A DNA stretch of 64,000 nt from an uncultured Pseudomonadota bacterium (GCA_963736005.1 CAVTNB010000003.1:32001-96000); one strand, 5' to 3'. Positions 29,896-40,868 are shown, numbered from the stretch's first letter. Notes: generated from the sequence alone by a model not told the origin. Made by a program: numbers and translations.

Positions 29896-31325
29896 ATTCC
29901 AGTTTCTTCGCCGGGGCGGAGTATTTTCAAAAGATTAGTGCGGCCCGCGACACCGAGCGGTGTGCCGCCAACGAGAACCACTGCCTGGCCCTTGACCACG
30001 ACCTCAAGCGCCAGGAGTTCTTCCTCGACCACCGCGATTAACTCGTCAGTCGTCTTGCCAAAATCCAGGACCCGCGGCTGCACCGCCCAGTCGAGCATCA
30101 GTCGGTGCGCAATCGTTTCGTTAGGCACGAAGGCGTACACGGGAACCGATGGCCGGTCCTTGCTGACGATGCGCGCGGAAAAACCAGTGCGCGTGAATGC
30201 GGCGATGGCTTGCACGTCGATCGATTCGGTAATCGAAATGGCAGCCTGCGAGATGGCTTGCGAATCGCTGGTCACACTAGTGCGGCGCCGGTCGCGAGTG
30301 GGTGGAAAGCTGCGCTCCACTTCGAACGAGATACGAACCATTGTCGCGACGGACTCAATTGGGTATTCACCTGCGGCTGTCTCGCCCGAGAGCATGATTG
30401 CGTCGGTGCCGTCGATAATCGCGTTTGCGACATCCGAGGCCTCAGCGCGAGTGGGTCGAGGGCTGTGAATCATCGATTCGAGCATCTGCGTGGCGGTAAT
30501 CACCGGCTTGAGGTGAACGCGTGCGCGCTGGATGATCTGTTTCTGGAGGGTCGGAACGCGCTCGGGAGCCATTTCGACGCCGAGGTCTCCGCGCGCAACC
30601 ATAACGGCGTCGGCGACATCCAGGATTTCCTCGAGGGCGTCGACGGCTTCGGGTTTTTCGATCTTCGCCACGACCGGCGTATCGGCGCCTGCTGCTTGTA
30701 CTGCGTCTTTTGCATCTCTCACGTCGGCCGCGCTTCGCACAAACGAGAGGGCGATAAAATCCGCTCCCTCGCGTACGGCCAGCGCAAGATCGTCTCGATC
30801 TTTTTCCGTCAGCGATGGCGAGGATACATGCACGCCCGGGAGGTTCATACCTTTGTGCTCGCCGAGCTCGCCGCCATTGACGACCGTCGTCGCGACGACC
30901 GAACCACCCGAAGAGACGACGCGCAATTCGATCTTGCCGTCGTCAAGGAGAATACGATCGCCGGCTTTGACATCATTTGGCAGAGCCGCATAGGTCGTTG
31001 CGACCCGTTGCGCATTACCTACGACATGTGCGGTCGTTATCTCGAATGGCGCACCGCTTACAAGATGGACGGGCTCGTGCCCCTCGAGCTCACCAACCCT
31101 GAGCTTTGGTCCTTGCAGATCTGCAAGCACCGACACGATCGCGCCGCACTGACGCTCGGTCGTTCGGATGAGCCGAGTCCAGTCGCGAAACTGATCTCGG
31201 GTCGCATGTGACATGTTGATACGAAAGACGTTGACGCCGGTGTCGACGAGCTGTCTCAAAATTGCCGGCTCGCATGACGCGGGTCCGAGCGTGGCAACGA
31301 TCTTGGTGCGTCGAAACGGGTTCAC
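29892..31325 (-). CDS. pyk: Pyruvate kinase
   Basis: RRTKIVATLGPA, DLQGPKLR, AKIEK, MVARGDLGVE, ATQMLESM, LSGETA. The GTG start overlaps the purN stop. Confidence 0.96.
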   Translation of the reverse strand: MNPFRRTKIVATLGPASCEPAILRQLVDTGVNVFRINMSHATRDQFRDWTRLIRTTERQCGAIVSVLADLQGPKLRVGELEGHEPVHLVSGAPFEITTAHVVGNAQRVATTYAALPNDVKAGDRILLDDGKIELRVVSSGGSVVATTVVNGGELGEHKGMNLPGVHVSSPSLTEKDRDDLALAVREGADFIALSFVRSAADVRDAKDAVQAAGADTPVVAKIEKPEAVDALEEILDVADAVMVARGDLGVEMAPERVPTLQKQIIQRARVHLKPVITATQMLESMIHSPRPTRAEASDVANAIIDGTDAIMLSGETAAGEYPIESVATMVRISFEVERSFPPTRDRRRTSVTSDSQAISQAAISITESIDVQAIAAFTRTGFSARIVSKDRPSVPVYAFVPNETIAHRLMLDWAVQPRVLDFGKTTDELIAVVEEELLALEVVVKGQAVVLVGGTPLGVAGRTNLLKILRPGEETGM

Positions 31326-31957
31326 GCCGGGCACCGCTTTGCAATCCATCGCAAGACGCCCTCGCGCACGACCTCCTGCTCGACAACATGCAGCCGTACG
31401 AGCGCTGTGGCTTCGTCTTCCTGCGGCGACAATTGCATGGGTTTGCGCGCCAAGACCGGTCCGCGGTCGACGCGCGGTGTAATTTCGATGAGGCTCGCGC
31501 CCGTGCAGGGTACTCGGGCCTCCAGGGCATCGCGCAATGCTCGGGCGCCGCGAAATGCCGGCGTCAGCGTGCCATCGGGAAAGCGCACCGTGTCGGCCGC
31601 TGGATCTTCTGGCAAATAAGCCGGATGCAGATTGAGGACGCCCTCGAACCCGGCGGTGAGAAATTCCGGCGCAAGCACGTGCATCCAGCCGAGCAGCAAG
31701 ACCAATCGCGATCCGCTCGTTCGGATCACTGATGCGAGACGAACGGCATACGCGGCTCGATCTTCTTTCTGGCGGTCGAAGATTGCGACTGATGTGGGAA
31801 TCCCAGCGCGAGTGGCGCGCTCGAGCGCAAGAGCATCGGCATTGTTTGAGACGACCAGCCGGATGTCGAGCGGCAACAATCCGGCACGCGCCGCATCGAT
31901 AACGGCCTGCAGATTTGTGCCGCTCCCGGAGGCCAAGATTGCCGTCGCTGTTGGCAT
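31322..31957 (-). CDS. purN: Phosphoribosylglycinamide formyltransferase
   Basis: ASGSGTNLQAVID, LLGWMHVL, NLHPAYLP, VDRGPV; directly downstream of purM. Confidence 0.88.
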   Translation of the reverse strand: MPTATAILASGSGTNLQAVIDAARAGLLPLDIRLVVSNNADALALERATRAGIPTSVAIFDRQKEDRAAYAVRLASVIRTSGSRLVLLLGWMHVLAPEFLTAGFEGVLNLHPAYLPEDPAADTVRFPDGTLTPAFRGARALRDALEARVPCTGASLIEITPRVDRGPVLARKPMQLSPQEDEATALVRLHVVEQEVVREGVLRWIAKRCPA

Positions 31958-31958
31958 G

Positions 31959-33023
31959 CTAGGCGCCACCGACAATCACGCTGGGGCCGCATTGATGGCG
32001 TGGCTCGACTTCACCGACGATGGCCGCAGCTCCAACGGCTCCGTTGATTGGTTGCGCTGCTAGCGTCTCGTTTGCTGTCCTCACAGCACGTTGCGCATCC
32101 TGCGGCGACACAACCAGACAGAATCCAACCCCCATATTCAGCGTGCGGTATGCTTCATCTAAGGAAAGCCGCGCTTCGCGTGCGACCAGCGCCACGACAG
32201 GTGGCACCCGCCAGCTCGCCGCGTCGAAGCGAGCCGCCAGTTGATCGGGCAGCGCGCGCGCAACATTGTCGATCAAACCGCCCCCGGTGATATGGGCCAT
32301 GCTCTTTATCGTGACGCCGGACTGTTGAACCGCGCGTACGACTTGCAAATAGCTCGGGTGTATGGCAAGGAGTGCATCGCCAATAGTTGTTGCGCCACCC
32401 TTCGCAACTGGTTCGCTCCATCGTGCTTGCGCGAGCACTTTGCGCGCCAGCGAATAGCCGTTGGTATGGAGCCCATTGGCCGGCAAACCGACGATCGCAT
32501 CTCCAGCGCTGACGCTGGCCAGATCCAGCATGTCGCGCCGCTCGAGCGCGCCGACGATCGTCCCCGCAAGATCGAAAAGCGGTGGAGTATAGACGCCCGG
32601 CATCTCGGCCGTCTCGCCACCGAGGAGCGCCATGCCATTCTCTCGACACGCGTTTGCGATACCGCCCACGATTGCTTCCGCGGCGTCAGCGTCAAGTTTT
32701 CCCATCGCAAGGTAATCCAAAAAAAACAAGGGCTGTGCGTTCGAGCAGAGCAGATCGTTGATGCAGTGATTAACGAGATCGGCTCCGATGCCCGAATAGC
32801 GTCCAAGAGTTGCCGCAACGATGACCTTGGTACCGACGCCATCGGTGCTAGCCACCAGCACCGGCTGGCGAAACCCTTCCAGCGAAAAACTTCCGCTGAA
32901 GCCACCGATGCCTCGGAGCACCCGCGGGTCGGCGTGCTGGTCGAGAATCGACTGATAACGCGCGACCGTTTGGTTTGCAGCGTCGATGTCGACGCCCGCA
33001 GCGCGGTAAGCATCCTCCTTCAT
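31959..33023 (-). CDS. purM: AIR synthetase
   Basis: YRAAGVDI, STDGVGTK, PLFFLDY, GGETAEMP, GLHTNGYSL, AHITGGG, TLNMGVG. Confidence 0.96.
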   Translation of the reverse strand: MKEDAYRAAGVDIDAANQTVARYQSILDQHADPRVLRGIGGFSGSFSLEGFRQPVLVASTDGVGTKVIVAATLGRYSGIGADLVNHCINDLLCSNAQPLFFLDYLAMGKLDADAAEAIVGGIANACRENGMALLGGETAEMPGVYTPPLFDLAGTIVGALERRDMLDLASVSAGDAIVGLPANGLHTNGYSLARKVLAQARWSEPVAKGGATTIGDALLAIHPSYLQVVRAVQQSGVTIKSMAHITGGGLIDNVARALPDQLAARFDAASWRVPPVVALVAREARLSLDEAYRTLNMGVGFCLVVSPQDAQRAVRTANETLAAQPINGAVGAAAIVGEVEPRHQCGPSVIVGGA

Positions 33024-33155
33024 AATATATTGCGTCGTTTGTCGCTCGGGTTGGCCCTCCCTATGCACGTGCCAAGGTCGCTTTGTCGGCTTTGTATAAT
33101 TGATACCGTCACGTCGTTCATGGAGCATCGAACCTTTCGGTTCGGGAGATACCTA

Positions 33156-34707
33156 ATGAAGATTACCGTTCGCGCGGCACAGCCAAGCCGCGTAAAAGCA
33201 GATGCGCTGGCCGTTGCGCTCTTTGCCGATGGCAATCCGAGCGCCGGATTTAACGCCGCCGACAGCGCGACCGGAGGAGTGCTGGCTGACATGCGCAAGC
33301 GTGGCGAACTGCTCGGCCGCGACGGCGAGGTTCACGTTGTGCCCGCTGGCAAGCACCTTGGAGCAAAACGCGTGATTGTCGTAGGACTAGGGCCGCGCGC
33401 CACGTTTCACCCGGGTGCATTCGCGAAATACGCAGGACTTGCCGTCCGCGCGGCGGCGGCCCGCAAGCTCAGCAATCTTGCCATTACCATTCCGGAACCG
33501 ATTCCATTTAGCGCTGAGGCGGCAATTGAGAACGCAACCGAAGGCGCCATCATGGCAACATTCAACCCGGCGCCGTACCGCAGCAAACCTAATGGCAAGC
33601 CCGACGCAGTCAGCAATGTGACCCTTGTTGTCGAAACTGCGGCGGCCGCGAAAGCACTCGAGCGAGCTGTGCGCCCGGGCCTGGTTCTCGGCGAGGCCTC
33701 CAACATCGTCCGCGAGATGGTCAATCTTCCTTCCAACGACATGACTCCCACCCACTTGGCGCAGCGCGCGACTGCACTCGCCAAGAAACATGGGCTCAAG
33801 GTCAGCGTTCTGAATCGCGCCGAGATGAAACGACTCGGCATGGGATCGATGCTTTCCGTGGCGGCGGGCGCAGATCAACCGCCGAAGGTCATCGTGCTCG
33901 AGTATCGCGGAAACAAGAAATCAAAGACAGTTTTGGGTCTTGATCGGCAAGGGCATCACGTTCGATACGGGAGGCATTTCGCTCAAGCCCGCGCTCGACA
34001 TGGATGCGATGAAGGGAGACATGGCCGGTGGCGCAACCGTTATCGGCGCCATGGCGGCCATCGCGGAATTGCGTCCGAAGGTCAACGTCATCGGCATCGT
34101 AATGGCGACCGACAATATGCCGTCCAGCAAAGCAACCAAACCCGGCGACATCGTTCGCGCCATGAACGGAAAGTCGATCGAAATAACCAATACCGACGCC
34201 GAAGGGCGGCTCGTTCTGGCAGACGGCCTGTGCTACGCGCGCAAACTTGGGGCGACCCATCTCGTCGACGTCGCAACGCTCACCGGTGCTGCAGTGATCG
34301 CGCTTGGGAGCCAGTCGACCGCCGTGATGTCCAACGATCGTCAGTTTGTGGACCTCTTTCACGAGGCGACGGCACCCTACGGTGAGCGTTATTGGGAGCT
34401 GCCCCTGTTCCCGGAGTATGCGGATCTTATCAAGAGCGTCATCGCCGACATGAAGAATTCCGGCGGACGTCAAGCCGGCACGATCTACGGCGCGATGTTT
34501 CTGAAAGAGTTTGTCGGCTCAACGCCGTGGATTCATTTGGATATCGCGGGCACATCGTGGGCCGATAAGGATGCAGGCCACATCGTCAAGGGGCCAACGG
34601 CTGTCGCAGTTCGACCGCTGGTTCGCCTCGCCGAGCTGTTAGCTGAACGGGAAGTTCACGCAAAGGCAGACGAGGCCGCTCACCAGCGCCTCACCCCCCA
34701 AATGTAG
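33156..34707 (+). CDS. pepA: Leucyl aminopeptidase (M17), +1 frameshift near 33938
   Basis: N-terminal domain from ATG 33156 (GGGAG RBS). Catalytic GKGITFDTGGISLK, MKGDMAG and NTDAEGRL continue in the +1 frame. Confidence 0.92.
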
Positions 34708-34716
34708 CGTTTATTT

Positions 34717-34780
34717 GTAGGGGGCGATTGGTAAATCGCCCCGTCGCGGATGAGCGCGCGAATCAATTCGCGCGATTACA
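34717..34780. repeat. BIME-like inverted pair of REPs (B forward, C reverse) between convergent genes
   Basis: GTAGGGGGCGATTGGTAAATCGCCCC ... gcgcgcgaatcaattcgcgcgattaca. Confidence 0.82.
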
Positions 34781-35347
34781 TCACCGCGTCAGTGTCAGCG
34801 TATGCTGCAGTTGGAACTTTGCTTCCCCGTTTTCGGGAATCGTGACGTCCGTCTTGCTGTTGAGCCCGTAGAGAACGCCGGCGCTCAGGCCAAGCGCACC
34901 CCCAACGTTGGTCCCCAGCCATTTGCCGAGGATGTTGCCCGCGATCATGCCCCCCAACGCTTCAAGCGCAACGGTTCCGACATTGTTTTTCTTATTCTCT
35001 TCGACGGAGATCAGATTGGCGTAAATAATGCTCGACGCTCCATTACTCAGGGCGATCTTGTCGATCATAAAACTCAACTCTGGTTTCGTGCCCTGACCAG
35101 CCTTGCGCGCATTCACAACTCTCGCGTATAACTTGGCGCTAGCGAACGCGGAGTCGCCATTCGGATACGGCGAGCGCACCGTAAACGAAAAAGTCTGACC
35201 CTGGTATGCGTTCTTCGAACTAATCGAATTGTTTGACGTTGCATAGATATAGGCGCCGGCGGGCACGGTGATTGTTCTAGCAAGGGCCGTTACCGGGGCG
35301 AGCAGGCACACGATCAGGACCCATGGTGCGAGATGCTTGATGTGCAT
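34781..35347 (-). CDS. Secreted hypothetical protein with a glycine-zipper segment
   Basis: GAGGAG RBS, signal peptide, VPAG...ISSKNA..GQ.F beta-domain, GGMIAGNILGKWLG..VGGALG. Confidence 0.75.
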   Translation of the reverse strand: MHIKHLAPWVLIVCLLAPVTALARTITVPAGAYIYATSNNSISSKNAYQGQTFSFTVRSPYPNGDSAFASAKLYARVVNARKAGQGTKPELSFMIDKIALSNGASSIIYANLISVEENKKNNVGTVALEALGGMIAGNILGKWLGTNVGGALGLSAGVLYGLNSKTDVTIPENGEAKFQLQHTLTLTR

Positions 35348-35364
35348 GGTTCTCCTCTTACGAG

Positions 35365-35389
35365 GGGCGACTTGACAGTCGCCCGCTAC
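35365..35389 (-). repeat. REP family B'
   Basis: gggcgacttgacagtcgcccgctac. Confidence 0.8.
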
Positions 35390-35400
35390 GAATAAATTTG

Positions 35401-36861
35401 CTAGTGGGGGACGGCTTGCGGTTCGCGTACTTTCCCGGTCAGCTCTTCATGGATGCCCACAGGATAATGACCGGTGAAACAACCCATGCAAAAATCGCTC
35501 CTGGGACGACCCGTCGCTTCGACAAGAGCATCTTCGCTCAGGTAGCCGAGAGAGTCGGCATTGATCGCCTGTTGAATCTCGGGAACGGTGAAGTTGGCGG
35601 CAATCAACTGCTCGTACGTAGCGGTATCAACACCCAAGAAGCACGGGTGCCGCATGGGCGGACACGTCAAACGCACGTGCACCTCTGAAGCACCAGCGCG
35701 TCGGAGCATGGCAACCAACTGGCGTGTGGTCGTGCCGCGGACAATTGAATCATCGACGAGCACGATCCGCTTGCCCCGAAGATTGGCCACCAGCGGATTG
35801 AATTTGAGCTTGACCCCCTGCGCACGCATGCTCTGATCCGGCGCAATGAACGTCCGCCCAATGTAACGGTTCTTCATGAGGCCTTCGATATATGGCAATC
35901 CGGATTCGTCAGCATACCCGATGGCGGCTGCCGTGGCGCTGTCCGGAACGCCGATGACGACATCGGCGGCAACGGGGCACTCGCGCGCAATGGCGCGGCC
36001 CATCCGGTAGCGGGCGAGATAGAGCTCCTGACCAGCATACATCGTGTCGGGCCGAGAGAAATAGATATATTCAAAGATGCAATTGGCAGGTTTGTACTCT
36101 GTCTCAACCTTCCGCGAGCGCATACCGCGCTCGTCGACAATGATGATTTCCCCGGGCTCGACCTCGCGCACAAACTCCGCACCCACGGTGTTGAGCGCGC
36201 ATGATTCAGACGCGATCATCCAACCCTCGCCGTAACGGCCGACGCACAGTGGCCGGACGCCCCACGGATCGCGGAATCCGAACAACTGCTGTTCGGTTGC
36301 CAAGACAATGGAAAAGGCCCCGATGCACCGCCGCATGATGGCTGCGATTCGCTCTTCCATGTCGCCGTGGTCCATTGCAGCGATCAGCTTCGCGAGAACA
36401 TCCGAGTCAGAGTCTGCTGCCTCGGAGATTTCTGGCGCGAGCTGGCGGCGAAGCGCTTCAGTGTTGACGAGATTCCCGTTGTGGGCAAGCGCAAAGGCCC
36501 CGAGGGCGCTTGTCGCAAGCAAAGGCTGCGCGTTGTACACGACGGACGAGCCGGTCGTAGAATAGCGGGTATGGCCAACTGACAAGTACCCGGGCAGGCC
36601 CGCCAGAATTTCTTCGGTGAAAATCTGCGACAAGAGACCCATCTGTTTGTGGACGCGCAAGTCCCTGCCATCGGATACAGCAATGCCGGCGCTTTCCTGA
36701 CCGCGGTGCTGGAGAGCGTACAATGCGAAGTAGGTTGGGCGAGCGACATCCTCGCCCGGCGCAAAGATGCCACACACGCCGCACGCGTCGTGTACGGCGT
36801 CCTCACTGCCGCTTGGCTTTGGGATGTATGGTTGGTGCACGTCCCGCTCGAGCTCTCCCAT
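35401..36861 (-). CDS. purF: Amidophosphoribosyltransferase
   Basis: Propeptide then CGVCG, LQHRGQESAG, GHTRYST, HNGNL, VDDSIVRGTT, Fe-S Cys (CIFE, CFLG, CMGC). Confidence 0.97.
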   Translation of the reverse strand: MGELERDVHQPYIPKPSGSEDAVHDACGVCGIFAPGEDVARPTYFALYALQHRGQESAGIAVSDGRDLRVHKQMGLLSQIFTEEILAGLPGYLSVGHTRYSTTGSSVVYNAQPLLATSALGAFALAHNGNLVNTEALRRQLAPEISEAADSDSDVLAKLIAAMDHGDMEERIAAIMRRCIGAFSIVLATEQQLFGFRDPWGVRPLCVGRYGEGWMIASESCALNTVGAEFVREVEPGEIIIVDERGMRSRKVETEYKPANCIFEYIYFSRPDTMYAGQELYLARYRMGRAIARECPVAADVVIGVPDSATAAAIGYADESGLPYIEGLMKNRYIGRTFIAPDQSMRAQGVKLKFNPLVANLRGKRIVLVDDSIVRGTTTRQLVAMLRRAGASEVHVRLTCPPMRHPCFLGVDTATYEQLIAANFTVPEIQQAINADSLGYLSEDALVEATGRPRSDFCMGCFTGHYPVGIHEELTGKVREPQAVPH

Positions 36862-36892
36862 ACTTTTACCTTACTTGAAAGTCCTCAAACTG

Positions 36893-38185
36893 TCAACGAA
36901 CCGCCGCCGCCGCGTGTTCGCCGATGTCGCAACGGTAGCGAAGCGAGAGGCCGGGCGGCAAACCGGTGATGTACCGCTCGACGCTTGCGTAGGCTCGCTT
37001 GCGAGCGTCGGCCATCTCATCGCCGAGCGCGCAAACGGTGAGGACACGGCCTCCGGATGCGTTGACCGATCTTGCGATCAGTGTCGAACCACCCCAAAAA
37101 GCCACGACATCGTCCGTCGGAGGCTCAAAGGGCGGCAACCCGTCCACCGGGTCGGATCGCTGTGGATAGTTCTGTGAGCAAAGCACGACCCCCACGCAGG
37201 CGCGCGACGAGAATTTCGGGGGCTCGCAGTCCGTCAAGCTCCCATTCGCTGCCGCACGCAGCAGGTCGGAGAAATTACCCTCGAGGCGCGGGAGGACAAC
37301 CTCGGTTTCCGGGTCGCCAAACCGTGCGTTGAACTCAAGCAGCATGGGCCCGCGCTGCGTCATCATCAATCCGGCGTAGAGGCAACCGCGGTAGTCGATG
37401 CCTTCGCTTTTGAGGCCAAGGAGCGTGGGCTCCAAGACCCTTTGGCGCACGAGTTCGAGCTTGGCTGGGTCGAGTACGTCGTCAGCGGGCGAGTACGCCC
37501 CCATGCCGCCTGTATTGGGTCCACTGTCGCCATCGTTGGCGCGCTTGTAGTCGCACGCACCGGCAAGCACGTAATACTGCTGGCCGTCCAGTACCGCCAT
37601 AACGGAGACTTCGCGACCTTCCAGCAGCTCTTCGATGACGATCGTCGTGCCGCCACCGGGAAGCTTGCGTTCGCCGTACCACCGAGCCAACACAACGCGG
37701 GCATCGTCCGCATTCGCGCAGACAACGACTCCCTTTCCAGCAGCGAGACCGTCTGCTTTCAACACAACGCCCTTTGGAAAATGTGCTAGCGCTCGTTCCG
37801 CTTGCTTGAGGTCGTGTGCTTCGCGGTGCCGCGCCGTGGGTACGCCGTGACGATCCATGAACTGCTTCGCATATGCCTTGCTCGTTTCAAGACGCGCGCC
37901 GGCGCTGTTTGGGCCAAAAACCGAAATGCCAGCTCCACGGAGCGCATCTCCAACTCCCGCGGCGAGTGCCGCCTCGGGACCGATGACTGCAAGATCGATC
38001 TGCTCGCGCAGCGCGCGTTCGACCAGCTCGAGCCTCGAGGTGGCCGCAATTGGCCAATTCGTGCCGAGCAGGGCGGTGCCGGCATTCCCGGGCGCTGCGA
38101 AAATCTGGTCGATGCTCTTTGATGCGGCGAGCTTCCAGACGAGCGCATGCTCTCTCGCTCCAGAGCCAACAACGAGCGCCTTCAT
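36893..38185 (-). CDS. purD: Phosphoribosylamine--glycine ligase
   Basis: VGSGAREHAL, KADGLAAGKGV, GPNTGGMG, EFNARFGDPE. Confidence 0.97.
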   Translation of the reverse strand: MKALVVGSGAREHALVWKLAASKSIDQIFAAPGNAGTALLGTNWPIAATSRLELVERALREQIDLAVIGPEAALAAGVGDALRGAGISVFGPNSAGARLETSKAYAKQFMDRHGVPTARHREAHDLKQAERALAHFPKGVVLKADGLAAGKGVVVCANADDARVVLARWYGERKLPGGGTTIVIEELLEGREVSVMAVLDGQQYYVLAGACDYKRANDGDSGPNTGGMGAYSPADDVLDPAKLELVRQRVLEPTLLGLKSEGIDYRGCLYAGLMMTQRGPMLLEFNARFGDPETEVVLPRLEGNFSDLLRAAANGSLTDCEPPKFSSRACVGVVLCSQNYPQRSDPVDGLPPFEPPTDDVVAFWGGSTLIARSVNASGGRVLTVCALGDEMADARKRAYASVERYITGLPPGLSLRYRCDIGEHAAAAVR

Positions 38186-39732
38186 TCCCATTCGATGGTT
38201 GCGGGCGGCTTGCTCGTAATGTCGTACACCACTCGGTTGATTTCGGGAATCTCGTTGACGATGCGCGTCGAAATTTTCGCCAGCACCTCGGGGGCGAGGC
38301 GCGACCAGTCCGCGGTCATCCCGTCATCGCTTGCCACGGCGCGTATGGCGACCATGTTGCCGTAGGTCCGAAAATCACCCATGACTCCGACGCTGCGCAG
38401 CGGCGTGAGGACGGCGAAATATTGCCAAGGCTGCTCGGGTCCCCCGCGCTCGATTTCTTCGCGCGCGATGGCGTCGGCTCGTCGCAGCACGGATAGTCTC
38501 TGTTCGTCGACAGCCCCGAGAATGCGCACGGCCAGTCCAGGACCGGGAAACGGCTGTCTCTTCACGACGTGGTTGGGCAAACCAAGCTCGAGCCCCAGGC
38601 GGCGAACTTCATCCTTAAAGAGGAGCCGTAATGGTTCGATCAGCTTCAAGTTCATGATGTCCGGCAGTCCGCCCACGTTGTGATGCGTTTTTATCTTCGC
38701 CCCTCCTTTACTGAGCGGCGTCTTACTCTCGATCACATCTGGGTACAACGTGCCTTGCACTAAAAAGTCAACGCCTGGAATTTGCTTTGCCTGCTCTTCG
38801 AAGACCGCAATGAATTCGCGCCCGATGATGACCCGCTTCTCTTCTGGATCTTCAATGCCGGTGAGCTTATCGAGAAACCGTTGACTCGCATCGACGGCGA
38901 TCAAGTTGAGGTGCAACACGCCGCGGAATGCCGAAATAACTTGCTCGGCTTCTCCCTGTCGCAGGAGGCCGTGGTCCACGAAGATGCAGGTGAGCCGATC
39001 GCCGATCGCCCGTGCTACAAGCGTTGCCGCAACGGCGCTGTCGACCCCTCCGGAAAGGGCGCAGATCGCTCTTGCGGTGCCAAGCTGCGCGCGGATCTCT
39101 TCCACCGCAGCGTCGACGAAGGATGTCATCTCCCACTGCTGGTGCAAACCGGCGATCTTGCGCAGGAAATTTCGCAAGATTGTGCGCCCGTGTTCCGTGT
39201 GCTGCACTTCGGGGTGGAATTGCACGCCGTAGCGCTGCGTCTCGGGATCCCCGAACGCCGCCAGTGCACACGTCGGCGTGTGGGCAAGCTTGATGAAGCC
39301 CTTCGGCATTTCTGTGACCGTGTCGCCGTGGCTCATCCACACGAGAAACTGACTGGGCACGTCTAAGAACAGCAACGATTGGGCGGCATCCACCGTGAGC
39401 TCCGCGCGTCCATACTCCCGGATCGCTCCTGGTACGACTTGCCCCTTGCATGCGTAGGCGAGCTCCTGCATGCCGTAGCAAATGCCAAGAATGGGCTTGT
39501 CCGACTCCAAGATCTGCGGATGGATGTGCGGCGCACCCGACTCCAGGACGCTTTGGGGCCCACCCGTCAGGATGAAGGCGGACGGTTTGCTCCTCGCGAT
39601 TTCATTCCAGGGCGTGTCGTAAGAAAAGATTTCGCAGTAGACGCGCTCCTCGCGAACGCGACGGGCGATGAGTTGCGCGTATTGCGCCCCAAAATCGATG
39701 ATGGCAACCATCTCTGACGGTTGGTTTTTCAC
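38182..39732 (-). CDS. guaA: GMP synthase (glutamine-hydrolysing)
   Basis: DFGAQY, GICYGMQ, QFHPEV, LSGGVDS, IKTHHNVGG, KPPATIEWE. Confidence 0.98.
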   Translation of the reverse strand: MKNQPSEMVAIIDFGAQYAQLIARRVREERVYCEIFSYDTPWNEIARSKPSAFILTGGPQSVLESGAPHIHPQILESDKPILGICYGMQELAYACKGQVVPGAIREYGRAELTVDAAQSLLFLDVPSQFLVWMSHGDTVTEMPKGFIKLAHTPTCALAAFGDPETQRYGVQFHPEVQHTEHGRTILRNFLRKIAGLHQQWEMTSFVDAAVEEIRAQLGTARAICALSGGVDSAVAATLVARAIGDRLTCIFVDHGLLRQGEAEQVISAFRGVLHLNLIAVDASQRFLDKLTGIEDPEEKRVIIGREFIAVFEEQAKQIPGVDFLVQGTLYPDVIESKTPLSKGGAKIKTHHNVGGLPDIMNLKLIEPLRLLFKDEVRRLGLELGLPNHVVKRQPFPGPGLAVRILGAVDEQRLSVLRRADAIAREEIERGGPEQPWQYFAVLTPLRSVGVMGDFRTYGNMVAIRAVASDDGMTADWSRLAPEVLAKISTRIVNEIPEINRVVYDITSKPPATIEWE

Positions 39733-40868
39733 GTACAGACCTCCGCGAGCCGCCCACGATCGCGGGCCATGACGACCTCCTTTGCGATGCGTTCGCCAAC
39801 CGACATTTCCTTACCCCAACGATACGCCGAATACGGCGTGTACTTCGTTCCCGGCGATCCGGGAATGCGTAAGCTAACATCGTAGACGACGAACGACTTC
39901 GGCGGCCCGGGCGCGATGACGCACTGCAGCGCAAAAGGACCGATAATTCCTGGTGGGCTTTGGGAGCGCGCTGCCTTCACAAATCGCTCTCCCATGTCAA
40001 AGGCCTGTTCAAGCATCGATTCCGTGATCGTTGCCGCGATGTGGCCGGCCTCTTCCATCGATGCGGCAAAGGCCGCTCCCAGCGGCGCTTGATCGATCGC
40101 CAGCAGCGAGCGGATTCCGTCGATATTGGTTTGGCGCCGCGTGTCAGTTCCCAAGAGTTCGAGCTCCCCCAACACCGGCGACCAAAAGAAATTGAGGTTG
40201 ACCGTCGGACCCAAGACGTATTCCTCAAAGACGGCCTCGGCCAGTCCTTCTTGTGTGACGATGCCTGAAGCAAGATAGTGCGCTGCACGCTTTCGATACT
40301 GCTCGGGATTCGCGGCCAGAAAGAATGCGCGCTCATACTTTACCTTGGCATGCTGCGCCTTGATGAGGGTGAGACCGTCGATATCGTCTGGTCCTACGAG
40401 CCGCCGCGGATAGCGAATCCCTGCTGCGTCGAGCAGCTTGTACTGATTGTTCGCTTCGTCGCGCTCCTCGGCACGCAGCAAGCGACGCGATCCGAACATG
40501 GGGACCAGCATGGCCCGCTCGATCTCGTCATAGGAGTGCCGCTCTCGCGCGTACACTTCAAACGCACGATTCGGCACAAAAATCGCGTTGCGCTCGAGCA
40601 TGGCACGCTGACTCTCGTTGTTGATGACGTCCGCGAAGTGATCGACCATGATCACTTCATCGACGCATCCGGTGCCGTCCTCGCGGGTGCGATAAGCGAC
40701 TGTGTAGGTCTTCTCGCGGCGAGGCGCCGCAAACACGAGCGTGCGCAGGCCTTCGCGCTTGGCGCCCAAGCAGACGTCCAGCGCTGAATGACTCCCGATG
40801 CACGTCAGGGTGAGGCGGCGAGTATCGTACGAAGCGAGGGCGGCGCTGGGAGACGTCGCCTCGCCCAT
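39729..40868 (-). CDS. PurP-like ATP-grasp protein (DUF1246/DUF1297), divergent paralog
   Basis: IGSHSALDV..GAK.EG, VPNRAF, ERAFF, DTRRQTNIDG, EAGH, PPGIIGPFALQ, MSVGERIAKEV. Confidence 0.85.
   Translation of the reverse strand: MGEATSPSAALASYDTRRLTLTCIGSHSALDVCLGAKREGLRTLVFAAPRREKTYTVAYRTREDGTGCVDEVIMVDHFADVINNESQRAMLERNAIFVPNRAFEVYARERHSYDEIERAMLVPMFGSRRLLRAEERDEANNQYKLLDAAGIRYPRRLVGPDDIDGLTLIKAQHAKVKYERAFFLAANPEQYRKRAAHYLASGIVTQEGLAEAVFEEYVLGPTVNLNFFWSPVLGELELLGTDTRRQTNIDGIRSLLAIDQAPLGAAFAASMEEAGHIAATITESMLEQAFDMGERFVKAARSQSPPGIIGPFALQCVIAPGPPKSFVVYDVSLRIPGSPGTKYTPYSAYRWGKEMSVGERIAKEVVMARDRGRLAEVCT

Noticed and set aside
33095..33100. TATAAT upstream of pepA as a promoter
   Set aside because: There is no convincing -35 or extended -10 element at the proper spacing, so support is insufficient.
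32241..34385. 714-aa ORF as a single protein
   Set aside because: It is a chimera of a purM antisense shadow, the real pepA N-terminus (from 33156) and an out-of-frame tail after the frameshift.
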